In this document: positions 54,941-64,000 of the stretch, piece by piece
Position numbering within the stretch: the first letter of the stretch is position 1
How the letters are laid out: every line of letters begins with the position of its first letter
Assembly: GCA_963769935.1 (NCBI GenBank)
Contig: CAVYNY010000028.1
Span: 64,001-128,000 of the forward strand
DNA: 64,000 nucleotides
Direction of reading: 5' to 3'
Source: an uncultured delta proteobacterium
GTDB lineage: Bacteria; Desulfobacterota; Desulfobacteria; Desulfobacterales; JAFDCJ01
The notes under the pieces: generated by a model
Told to the model about the DNA's origin: nothing
The model's database searches: none
Seen by the model: the letters and a program-made list of their open reading frames with translations, nothing else
Position numbers and translations under genes: made by a program

Positions 54941-56017
54941 TTAACGCTTCCTAAGCTCGGCTGTTATCCGGTTTTTCTTTTGGTCAATTGAAAAGGCAAC
55001 ATCCAGAAATTGTTCGCAAACGTATATATTCGACTGTATGTGTCCGGTAATTTTATCCGTCACAATCGTTCCGCCGACCAGGGCCAGCAGGGGCACCAGA
55101 TTGTCTGCCAGGTGGCGGTCCACGACGGCATTTGAGTTCAGCACCGCGCTTAGTTTTTGCGCTGCGGCAGCTCCGACTTTTTCAGCCCGCACCCCTTTTT
55201 CACCCAGGGCATCGGCAGCGGCAATACCATTGCATGCTTCTGAGGCCGTCCACAGGGTAATGACGCTTCCGACCGAAGCCGTGTTCTGATATTCACACCG
55301 GATGGATACTGCATAATCCCGTTGGAGCACATCGGCGGCACTCCGGGCCTGGCGTTCGGCAACCTGGGCGCCTTTTAAATGGGTTGAAGCTGCAGATTTT
55401 CCGAAAATTTCAGCAACTGTGGGCCGGTCGCAAAGAGAAATTTTCGGAACAGTGCTTTCTAACTGTGCGGCAAGCTCAGCAATATTTTTGAAATCACTCA
55501 AATGAAAACGGGGGTTGACCGTTATATCGACCGTTCCCTGTCCTCTCGGATAATACCCTCTCTTTATATGGTTGATCGTGCACGCGGCAAATTTGTTAAA
55601 ATACGGCAGAATCACCTGGTCGCAATAGTCGATGGGAATGCTCCATTTGGTGTCGGTCCCGCCTGTAATTTTAATTCCGACCGGGGCGGCGGCAAACATG
55701 GCCGGCAACAACACGGATTGGAGCAGCAGCGATATCGAACCGGCCGTACCGATATTAATGGAAAGGCTTTGACCGCATATTTTGCCGGGGAAAAATTCCA
55801 GGCCAACCGAACCCGGCCGCGCACCGTCAGCCCTGGCATTCGCCAGTTGCATCAGCGCATCGATACAGCTGATATGCTGTCGTTTCAGCCCGGGTTTAGG
55901 CCGGTTATGCCTGATTTTATCGACCCGGAAGGGCTTGCCGGTCAGCGTTGACAGGGCCAGGGCGGTCCTGACAATCTGCCCGCCGCCCTCCATATAAGAT
56001 CCGTCGATATGAATCAT
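54941..56017 (-). CDS. rtcA: RNA 3'-terminal phosphate cyclase
   Basis: IDGS..EGGGQIVR, RPKPGL..QH, GGTD, RGYYP.G.G, HLAD, catalytic His in TGHIQSN. Confidence 0.93.
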   Translation of the reverse strand: MIHIDGSYMEGGGQIVRTALALSTLTGKPFRVDKIRHNRPKPGLKRQHISCIDALMQLANARADGARPGSVGLEFFPGKICGQSLSINIGTAGSISLLLQSVLLPAMFAAAPVGIKITGGTDTKWSIPIDYCDQVILPYFNKFAACTINHIKRGYYPRGQGTVDITVNPRFHLSDFKNIAELAAQLESTVPKISLCDRPTVAEIFGKSAASTHLKGAQVAERQARSAADVLQRDYAVSIRCEYQNTASVGSVITLWTASEACNGIAAADALGEKGVRAEKVGAAAAQKLSAVLNSNAVVDRHLADNLVPLLALVGGTIVTDKITGHIQSNIYVCEQFLDVAFSIDQKKNRITAELRKR

Positions 56018-56126
56018 CAGATGACCGGCCGATTCAATACAGCGTCAATCCGGTTCAAAAACGGTGACACCATTGCGCGGCTGCCCCTGGGAGCCGGAGG
56101 CTAGTTTTGTATGTTGCTGCGGCGGC

Positions 56127-56465
56127 TCAATACTCGTACATCCCGCGAAAATTTTTGTGCACAATATCTTTTCCGACCTTCCGTATAAAATCCGCGACAT
56201 AATAGGGGATTTGCTCAGCCAGAAGGTATTTTTTGAAGTCACCTTCGACATGCTGCTTCGAAACCTGCCAGGGCTTGGCAGCCTCCATGAAGATATCATA
56301 TTCGCTGCATTTCATGAATCTGGCCAGGTTCATCAGATACTCCTGATCGGTAAATGGTTTCTTACTGGCATATCGACGGTCCAGGTAGCGCAGCAGCTGA
56401 AACCAGGAAATCACCATCAAAGGAAATACGATGGCATGCCAGTTAAGGGAAATTTGTTCTAACAT
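56127..56465 (-). CDS. Hypothetical membrane-anchored protein
   Basis: GAGG RBS, N-terminal TM, 112 aa. Confidence 0.6.
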   Translation of the reverse strand: MLEQISLNWHAIVFPLMVISWFQLLRYLDRRYASKKPFTDQEYLMNLARFMKCSEYDIFMEAAKPWQVSKQHVEGDFKKYLLAEQIPYYVADFIRKVGKDIVHKNFRGMYEY

Positions 56466-56751
56466 CTTGACCTCACATATGCTCGAACCCGTTTCAGCGG
56501 GCTGGTTGCTTCGGATTTCAAACCTTGTCTCTACCACGATACCTTGAAGCTAAGCATGATCGGTCGAAGATCAAGAATTGGCGTCTTTGCGCCTTTGCGA
56601 GTCCGCCGAAGGCTGACCGGCTCCGGTTCCTCCTTGTGGGCCGGAAATAAACCTCAGTAAAATACCTCTGTCATGATTTTTTGCCGGTCCACACCTTTGC
56701 GCACCAGGATATCACAGGCTTCGAACAGCATGTCGCAATTGCAGCGCAATT

Positions 56752-58434
56752 TCACGAAGTTTCAAAGGAGTGCTTATTGCCAGGCCGCAGATTCAATTTG
56801 GCGACCACCAGGGTGATATCGTCTTCCGGCTTGACGCCTGCCTGAAATTGCTTGACGGCTGCGATCACCGCCCCGACAATTTCGGCCGCCGGCAGATCCG
56901 GATTGCGGCGGATAACTTCCAACAGGGCCTGTTTGCCGAACATTTCGCCGGCTGGATTGTGTGCTTCCCAAACCCCATCGGTGCAAAGAAGAAAAATTTG
57001 ACTGTTCTTGAGGTTTTCTTTTAGGTTTTCAGTATAAATCCATTCCTGATCGAGCCCCAGGGCCACCCCCGATCCCTTCAGTTCTTCAAACACGTTCGTT
57101 TGGGGATCAAAAAGAACGGCCGGATCATGGCCGGCTCGCACCCAGCGGATGGTCCGTCCGACGGAATCGATTTCGCAGTAAAACAATGTCATAAACCGCC
57201 CCGATTCCTCCACATCCTCCGTCAGTTGCCGGTTTACATCGGAAATAATTTGTCCGAGGCCGCCTGCCTGCATGACCCGCTGCCGCAGGGATGCTCGCAC
57301 AGCAGCCATCAGCAGAGCCGAAGGAATGCCGTGCTCCGATACATCCCCGATGACAATGCCGACTTTGCCATCGCCGGATGGGTCTATTTGTAAATAATCG
57401 AAGTAATCGCCGCCGGTGCGCTCACAATAGAGGCTTTGCCCGGCTATATCCAAGCCGGCTATTTGGGGAGCCTTCTGGGGCATAAAATTTTGCTGAACCT
57501 CTTTGGCCAACTCCAGGGAGTGCCGCATGCGGTCTCGTTCCTCCAAACCTTCTGTCATTTCATTGATGACATCGCCGGTGTACCCGATTTCATCATTGGA
57601 GGTTACCGCCACTTTGCAGTCGAATTGACCGTTCCGAACAGCCTTTAAGACTCTGATGATATCTCGAAAAGGCTGCCGCAGGTTGAGGCTCAACTCATAG
57701 GCTAAAAATATACCAATAAACATAAATACAAAGGAGCTGACCACAATGTCCGATCGCAGTCCTTCATATAGGTCTTCAGAGAACCTGCCCGCAGATACAG
57801 TGCCTTGCATAATCGTTATGATAGCGAAGAAGGGGACCAGATTGCTGCCCAGCAGCAGGGCCGCCAGACGTGTACTGAGTCGGATCCGCAATGTACCTGG
57901 AATCGCGTAAAGACCACCGGAAGGAAACAGCTTTGGCACCATCCTTTTTTGCAGGACTCTTCTCAGCAAAAAAAAGGCGGCGACGGTCGTAATCAATCCG
58001 ATCTGCAGACTGCGGAAAAATGCATAGTAGACAGTCCCCCGCCCGATATCGGATGATAGCATGGCCGTAGAATAGATACTCCCGGCCGCAATCCATACCA
58101 CGAGATCCATGGCGATCAGGAAAAACGGTTCATTAAGCAATCGTTTTCTGGCGATAAACGTTAATGCTTCCGATAATTGCAACCCCTTTCTTTGATCGTC
58201 CAGAAAACGCCGAATCGGCCGCTCATAAAGCAAAGTCAAAACCAACATTAGCGCGCCGCAGAGCGGTTCGAAAAACCATCCAATGCGGCCAATCAACCGG
58301 AGAGCATCCGCCAATTGCGGAAACAGGGGTCGATAGGTTATAAAAATCACGACACAAACACCTATGGCGTTTGCGAAGTAATTCATAATCAGCATCTCAT
58401 TTTTAAGCCGGAAATGATTAAATGCTTCGGACAT
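56752..58434 (-). CDS. Membrane HAMP-PP2C (SpoIIE/RsbU-type) phosphatase
   Basis: Multiple TM helices, HAMP (DEIG), GGDYFD, GDVSEHG, AGH, TDG, DDIT. Confidence 0.92.
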   Translation of the reverse strand: MSEAFNHFRLKNEMLIMNYFANAIGVCVVIFITYRPLFPQLADALRLIGRIGWFFEPLCGALMLVLTLLYERPIRRFLDDQRKGLQLSEALTFIARKRLLNEPFFLIAMDLVVWIAAGSIYSTAMLSSDIGRGTVYYAFFRSLQIGLITTVAAFFLLRRVLQKRMVPKLFPSGGLYAIPGTLRIRLSTRLAALLLGSNLVPFFAIITIMQGTVSAGRFSEDLYEGLRSDIVVSSFVFMFIGIFLAYELSLNLRQPFRDIIRVLKAVRNGQFDCKVAVTSNDEIGYTGDVINEMTEGLEERDRMRHSLELAKEVQQNFMPQKAPQIAGLDIAGQSLYCERTGGDYFDYLQIDPSGDGKVGIVIGDVSEHGIPSALLMAAVRASLRQRVMQAGGLGQIISDVNRQLTEDVEESGRFMTLFYCEIDSVGRTIRWVRAGHDPAVLFDPQTNVFEELKGSGVALGLDQEWIYTENLKENLKNSQIFLLCTDGVWEAHNPAGEMFGKQALLEVIRRNPDLPAAEIVGAVIAAVKQFQAGVKPEDDITLVVAKLNLRPGNKHSFETS

Positions 58435-58489
58435 CTTCTGTATGCTCTCTCAGGTGGCGAAGAACTGTTTACGTGCCTTAAAATCAACC

Positions 58490-60016
58490 CTATTCCATGA
58501 GTTCGGGGCTGCTTTGATAAGGAAGCCAGACCGTGAAGGTCGAGCCTCTTCCGGGTTCACTGTCAACCTCGATCCGGCCATGATAAAAATTGACGATCCG
58601 CTTTACGATGCTCAGCCCGAGCCCGGTCCCTGTGATAAGACTGGTCTCCTCCCTTTTTTCTCGAAAAAATTCGGTGAACAGGCGGCTCAGGCCTTCTCTG
58701 CTTATGCCGATTCCTGTGTCCGCAACAGATACCCTTACATAGGGCCCCTTCCGGTCCGCCGTAATACTCACCCGGCCGGCCGGCTTATTGTATTTGACGG
58801 CATTGTCCACGAGGTTGCTGAACAATCGCATTAATTCTTCCCGGTCCGCATTTACGGCCGGCAGGTCTTCTGAGGCTTGCACTTCGAGGCAAATCCGGTT
58901 CCGGCCGGCAATGGGCTGCATGAGCTCCCTGACCTCGTTTAAAATGCCATCGATACCCTGAGGTGATATTTCCCGTCGTACGGTCCCTTCTTCCATCCGG
59001 GCCATGCTCAGCAGCTCTCCGACCAGATCTACCAACGCCTTGATGCGCAGTTTTGACCGCCCGATGATTTCATGCTGTTTTTCCCTATCCTGTATGTATC
59101 CATCGTCGATCACCGATAGGTAGCCGTCCACGGCCGACAAGGGCGCGCGAAGTTCATGGGCGACAAGATTCATGAACCGGGCCTTCACCTGCTCCACACG
59201 CTTGACTTCGGTAATATCGCGCAGGACGGTGACAGTTCCCAGAAATCGGGCGGAAGCCACATCGACAACCGGGGCCACATTGGCAAGCAGCCAGGTCTCT
59301 TGCGGCTCAATACTGAGCCTGATCTCGTTTGAGAGACGCTTCTGGTGGGATGAAGCCTGAGAAATCATTTGAATCAAATCCTTGCAGTCCAAAATGTTGG
59401 TCACTACCATCGGCGTTCGGATTGATTGGAGGGAAGGTAGGATCTTGCGCGCCGCAGGATTGTATAGTACCAGATTTTGTTCGGCGTTGCATACAATTAC
59501 CCCGTCCGTCATGCAGTCAATAACGGTGCGAAACTGGCTTTTTTCCGTTACCAGTTCCAGCATCCGCTGACGACGCTCGGCCTCAAGGCGATTTCGCTCA
59601 CGTATAAGGCTCACTCGTTCCAGGGCCCGATCGACCAAACGCAGTAAATCGTCTGGGACAAAAGGTTTGGCGATGAAGTCGTAAGCGCCGCGTTTGGTGG
59701 CTTCGACCGCAGACTCTATTGTGGCATAAGCCGTTATCATTACATACACTGTTTCCGCGGCGATATTCTGAGCCTCGCGAATAAACTCAAAACCACTGAT
59801 GCCCGGCATTCGCAAATCAACAAGCACCAGGTCAATATCCGGCTGCCGGCGCAAAATGTCCAGCCCCATTTCACCGGTCTCGGCCATCAAGACACGGTAG
59901 CCCTGAGACCGAAGCACCCGATCGCACCCCCGCCGAATACCCGCTTCATCGTCGACCACCAGGATTTGGGCGTGGGCGGCTTTCCTCAGGTTTTCTGAAT
60001 AATCATCAGCCATCAT
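58490..60016 (-). CDS. REC-PAS-histidine kinase hybrid
   Basis: ILVVDDE..D..K receiver, PAS, AHELRAP, NAVKY, DTGIG, GTGLGL. Confidence 0.92.
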   Translation of the reverse strand: MMADDYSENLRKAAHAQILVVDDEAGIRRGCDRVLRSQGYRVLMAETGEMGLDILRRQPDIDLVLVDLRMPGISGFEFIREAQNIAAETVYVMITAYATIESAVEATKRGAYDFIAKPFVPDDLLRLVDRALERVSLIRERNRLEAERRQRMLELVTEKSQFRTVIDCMTDGVIVCNAEQNLVLYNPAARKILPSLQSIRTPMVVTNILDCKDLIQMISQASSHQKRLSNEIRLSIEPQETWLLANVAPVVDVASARFLGTVTVLRDITEVKRVEQVKARFMNLVAHELRAPLSAVDGYLSVIDDGYIQDREKQHEIIGRSKLRIKALVDLVGELLSMARMEEGTVRREISPQGIDGILNEVRELMQPIAGRNRICLEVQASEDLPAVNADREELMRLFSNLVDNAVKYNKPAGRVSITADRKGPYVRVSVADTGIGISREGLSRLFTEFFREKREETSLITGTGLGLSIVKRIVNFYHGRIEVDSEPGRGSTFTVWLPYQSSPELME

Positions 60017-60153
60017 TCCAATACCCCGCGGCATTCATTCACGACAAAGCCTGTTATCTGTGAGCTGGCCCACAGGGCCAGGTTTTCAATGTTGCATTCA
60101 ATTGGACCGGTGCCAGCATCCAGGTCCTGCCCGGCTTAATCCAATTTCAAGGA

Positions 60154-62148
60154 TCAGGCCCGAGTCCCTTCATCACAGTTGATGGTGCCAAGCAGGGTGT
60201 CCGGCAAAGGCAATTCAAAAATGATATCCATCCATTCATTATATCTGCTTTCCGCCCGGATGTCTCCGCCGTGGCGGCGAATGATTTCACGCGTAATAAA
60301 CAACCCCAATCCGGTTCCCCTCGTCGGTTGTACTTCTGCCGGAGTTTGGAGACGTGAAAATTTCCTGAACAATTTGTCTATTTGACTGGATGGAATACCG
60401 GGTCCGTCATTCCTGACATGCAGTTCGGCTTTGCCGTTGACGCGCTTCCCCACCAGCTCCACCTCTCCGCCGTCACGACCATACTTAACCGCATTGCCGA
60501 GCAGGTTTTCGTACACAATCTCGATCAGTGAAGGATCGGCCTGAACGAGCAGGTCATCTTGAAACTTCACCCGCACCCGCATGCCTTTTGTCTCCAGCCG
60601 TCCCCGAAAATTGCTCAGCACGGGACGAATCACATCTGATTCGATGTGCACGGGGCGAACGCGCAGCTGTAATTCGCCTTTTTCGATGCGCGAGAGATTG
60701 AGATAATTTAATATCATCTCTTCGGCCCGGTTGATGGCTTTGCCGACGTCGCTCAGGGCTTCTTTCTGGTCTTCGCTGATTTGGCCGACATATCCGTCAT
60801 GCACGGCAAGCAGATTGATTTTCATTGCGGCAACCTGGTTTTTAAGCTCATGGGTTATGAATTCCAGGGCATCCAGGTAATTCTGGACCCACCCTTTGAG
60901 CTCAACGGCTTTGTGTTGGAGATCATCGCGGCTGCGCTGCAACAGCGCATCGCGCTCCTTCAGCGAACTGACCATCTGATTGAAAGCGCCGGTCAGGCGA
61001 TAGATCTCGTCTCGTTGCGCTCCCGGTGAGTGCAGCAGTTGGTAGTCGAGATTGCCACGTGCAACCTCATCTGCACCGGCAGTCAGCAAAGCCAGGGGGC
61101 GGGCCAAGCGCGAACTCAACCACAGAGAAAGGAAGACGGCACATAAGAAGGCCAACACCGAAACCGCGATAAACAGAGTCATCGCCTGTCGGCGCATATC
61201 GTCATACCGTTTTTTCAGAACACCCACGTACAACATGCCGACGATTTCGTTGTTAAGATTCCGCAAAGGCTCGTAGGCCGAAATGTACCAGCTGTCGACC
61301 ACGAAGGCGGGGCCTTGCCACATCTTGCCTTCAGCCAAAACCTGATCGTAGACCTCCGATGAAACTCGGGTGCCGATAGCCCGCTGTCCGTCCGGGCCGA
61401 TGACATTCGTAGTGATGCGGACATCACCCTGAAATATGGTGACCGTACCCAGGTTCTTTCCATCGTAGGTGACGGCTGTAAAGACATTTTCCCGCACAAA
61501 ATCCACGAATTCGAAATTCCGGTTAATCACGGTTCCCACCCGGACAATGCCCGTCACTTGCCGGCTGGCATTCATAACGGGAGCTGCGGCCTCAAGCACC
61601 ATGGCCGAGGTGATTTCCTGCGGTCCTCCGGGTTTTGCATGGGGTGTCGACAATACGCGAATCCGGGTCCGCGCGGCCAGAGCATTGTTTTCGGTGGTTA
61701 GGGCTTCTATAGGAAGAAGAGAAAGGCCGGCTGCGGGCCGTCGCGCAGAAATTACCCGCGCAATGACCGGGCTGTTTGATGCTTGCGCGCCTTTAATATC
61801 GCCATAGGCCGTCGCTAGAATCACCCCGTGGCCGTCTAAAATATGCAGGAAATCATACCCCAATTTAACCCGGAGTTCATCCAGAATCCGTGGGTCAACC
61901 GCTTTATGCGTGGTTATCTGCCGGGCAATATCTCCCTCCGCCATAACCAGACACGCTTTTAGCGCCTCATCCAGGCGTCGCTCCCACATCGCGCGAGCGG
62001 TTTTCAGTCCTAAAACAACCCGGCGTTCCGCCTCCGATATAACCATCCGGTTGATGAGGAAGCTTCCGGCAAGTATCGTAAGCGCACCGGAAAGTACCAC
62101 GACGCCGACAAATGAACCCAGCAGTCTCACACGCAACGGGAGGTCCAT
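60154..62148 (-). CDS. Cache/HAMP membrane sensor histidine kinase
   Basis: Two TM helices around a Cache-type region (TIFQGDVRITTNV..RAIGT..YISAYEP), HAMP, THELKN, NAVKYG, GTGLGL. Confidence 0.92.
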   Translation of the reverse strand: MDLPLRVRLLGSFVGVVVLSGALTILAGSFLINRMVISEAERRVVLGLKTARAMWERRLDEALKACLVMAEGDIARQITTHKAVDPRILDELRVKLGYDFLHILDGHGVILATAYGDIKGAQASNSPVIARVISARRPAAGLSLLPIEALTTENNALAARTRIRVLSTPHAKPGGPQEITSAMVLEAAAPVMNASRQVTGIVRVGTVINRNFEFVDFVRENVFTAVTYDGKNLGTVTIFQGDVRITTNVIGPDGQRAIGTRVSSEVYDQVLAEGKMWQGPAFVVDSWYISAYEPLRNLNNEIVGMLYVGVLKKRYDDMRRQAMTLFIAVSVLAFLCAVFLSLWLSSRLARPLALLTAGADEVARGNLDYQLLHSPGAQRDEIYRLTGAFNQMVSSLKERDALLQRSRDDLQHKAVELKGWVQNYLDALEFITHELKNQVAAMKINLLAVHDGYVGQISEDQKEALSDVGKAINRAEEMILNYLNLSRIEKGELQLRVRPVHIESDVIRPVLSNFRGRLETKGMRVRVKFQDDLLVQADPSLIEIVYENLLGNAVKYGRDGGEVELVGKRVNGKAELHVRNDGPGIPSSQIDKLFRKFSRLQTPAEVQPTRGTGLGLFITREIIRRHGGDIRAESRYNEWMDIIFELPLPDTLLGTINCDEGTRA

Positions 62149-62609
62149 GCTATCGCCTTTGGGTGTCCCGCAATGTCACATCAAAGATATGCGTTTTTCA
62201 TAAAGGTTTTGGGCTAAAACGGTCGAAAAAAACCGGTAAAGCACGCTCTCCCCTGCCAAAGGAAAGGGATACGAAAGAGCAAAGAATCCTGGCCCACAGG
62301 ACCAGGTTTCCAATGTTAGTGTAAAAAAATATCAACACCCGCATGGTGTGTCAACGGTAAAGAGGCCCTTGAAATTCGAATTTCAGGGTGTAAGCCTCAC
62401 CTCAAACATCCAAATAGCGCAGGCGGTTAAAAGATCCAAGTTATTCTTGCCAAAGCCACGCGAATTTTTTATTCTCAAGATAGTAAGCGGCGGATACAAA
62501 GCCGCAATCAAGACCCAAAGACCCTCCTGGGGCATTGACTGTAAAATGACAAATTATTTCTGGAACAGGATCCTGATTCGCAACCCTCAACCACACCACG
62601 ATAAGGCCC

Positions 62610-64000
62610 ATGACCCGTAAAGACGCCCCTCAAAAAAAACGTTCCCTCTGGATGAGTTTCGTTACCATTGCTCAGCCTTATTTTTTCCCCGGTATCCCCG
62701 GCGGTGCCTGGGTGACCCTGCTGTTGATGATCATGTTGCTGGTCTTTCTGTTCGGCCTGCTTTTCATGCTCGTGACCGGGATTACCTTGACGGCAAACCA
62801 TTTTGCTCCAGACCTGACCGCCAAAATAGCACCCGGCCTGCTGCCTGTGGTGACCGGGATCTTCCACTCCAAGTCGTGGGTGTTGGTCGCCGCCGCCCTG
62901 ATTATTCCGGCCGCCGTCTTCGGCATGCTCGGCGGCCACCTGCGTCGCCGCCGGGGTGCCTGGACGCTGCTGGCCGTCGTCCTGCTGCTGTCGTTGTGCG
63001 TGACGGGCATCAATGTGGCTTTCAGTTACATCGCCAACTACTTTACCAACGCCCTGGTAAAAAAAAATCAGGATATGGCCTATCTCTTTGTGGCCGTTTA
63101 TTTCGGCGGCTTTCTCACGGGCATACCCATCGTCGCTATGTACAGTTACGTCCAGGGTTATTTAGGCATGCGCTGGCGCGAGTGGATGACCGGCGAGTTT
63201 CTGTCCAACTATTTCAAAAACCGCAACTACTACGAGGTCGAAGCCCAAGGGCAGATTGACAACCCCGACCAACGGATCATGGAGGACATTCGATCCTTTA
63301 CCCGGACCTCGCTGGCGTTTGTGCTGATCCTGCTCGGTTCCCTGATGGACCTAATCTCTTTTTCAGGCATTCTCTGGTCCAAATCGGCGCTGCTGGTGGG
63401 CGTCGTACTGGGCTACTCGCTGCTGGGCACCGGCCTCACAGCGCTCATCGGGCGGCGCCTGGTACGCCTGAACTTCAATCAATTGCGATATGAGGCCGAT
63501 TTCCGCTACTCCCTGATCCATGTGCGCGACAACACGGAGTCCATAGCCTTCTATCAGGGCGAAAAACCGGAAAACGACCACATCAACGGTCGATTTCGAA
63601 GCGTCCTGAAGAACTTCAGCCTGCTCATCGGTTGGCAGCGCAACCTCTCCTTTTTCACCACGGCTTACAGCTATCTCCCGGTGGTCTTGCCCTTCCTGGT
63701 CCTGTTCCCCCAGTATTTCGCGGGCAAAATCGAATACGGCGACATGATCCAGGCCAATTTCGCCTTCACCCAGGTCTATGCGGCGCTGTCGCTCATCGTC
63801 GCCCAAATTGAACCCATCACCAATTTTGCCGCGGGGGTGAAGCGACTTTCAGATTTTGCCGATGCCATCGCACCGCAGCGGGTGCTGCCGGTGGGTATCA
63901 AATCCGAGCAAGCGGATTATTTTTCCCTGAGTCATGTGACCCTGATGACGCCCAACCGTGCGCGCACCTTGATTCAAGACCTGACCGTGGATACGGAAAA
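62610..64000 (+). CDS. ABCD-type (YddA/SbmA-BacA-like) ABC transporter permease/ATPase, runs off the window
   Basis: Frame from ATG 62610 (absent from the ORF track, apparently no stop in window): WREW.T..YF.NR.YY, DNPDQRI.ED, EADFRYSL..VR.N.E.IAFY.GE. Confidence 0.9.
   Translation, partial: MTRKDAPQKKRSLWMSFVTIAQPYFFPGIPGGAWVTLLLMIMLLVFLFGLLFMLVTGITLTANHFAPDLTAKIAPGLLPVVTGIFHSKSWVLVAAALIIPAAVFGMLGGHLRRRRGAWTLLAVVLLLSLCVTGINVAFSYIANYFTNALVKKNQDMAYLFVAVYFGGFLTGIPIVAMYSYVQGYLGMRWREWMTGEFLSNYFKNRNYYEVEAQGQIDNPDQRIMEDIRSFTRTSLAFVLILLGSLMDLISFSGILWSKSALLVGVVLGYSLLGTGLTALIGRRLVRLNFNQLRYEADFRYSLIHVRDNTESIAFYQGEKPENDHINGRFRSVLKNFSLLIGWQRNLSFFTTAYSYLPVVLPFLVLFPQYFAGKIEYGDMIQANFAFTQVYAALSLIVAQIEPITNFAAGVKRLSDFADAIAPQRVLPVGIKSEQADYFSLSHVTLMTPNRARTLIQDLTVDTE

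Overview
Bacterial chromosomal DNA. Gene content (selenoproteins, sigma-54 promoters, hybrid kinases) and the style of intergenic repeats suggest a Desulfobacterota/deltaproteobacterial anaerobe; this is inference, not a database result. (1) 1-13 kb: a carbohydrate-catabolic island with a sugar ABC permease, two tandem LsrK (AI-2 kinase)-like FGGY kinases, a C-GCAxxG-C-C protein, an SDR and a Zn-dehydrogenase. These converge on a GntR-associated acetoin/2-oxoacid dehydrogenase-type complex ordered E1beta-E2-E1alpha-SDR-E3. Almost every gene here is frameshifted, probably from long-read errors. (2) 13-20 kb: gene scars (SH3, hsdM, glgA, Fis-HTH) and an AT-rich divergent pair of OmpA-domain fusions (ExeA-type ATPase; DUF3568-like lipoprotein). 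(3) 20-64 kb: mostly intact genes, including qor, thrS, rnd, two-component kinases, a ThDP enzyme with BASS transporter, Rrf2, PAC2, LOG, trypsin-TPR, a coupled pair of dynamin-like GTPases, a degenerate-DEDDh/GIY-YIG nuclease, rtcA, a PP2C phosphatase and an ABCD-type transporter. Two genes split by the ORF track are selenoproteins with in-frame UGA plus SECIS-like hairpin (formate dehydrogenase alpha; an exported rhodanese). At 43.2-44.7 kb, two outward-facing sigma-54 promoters precede candidate small RNAs. No rRNA, tRNA, CRISPR array or intact transposase was seen. Best candidates for new biology: an LsrFG-independent AI-2/acyloin-cleavage pathway, the dynamin-like pair with its neighbouring nuclease and RtcA, and the sigma-54 anti-Shine-Dalgarno sRNA candidates.
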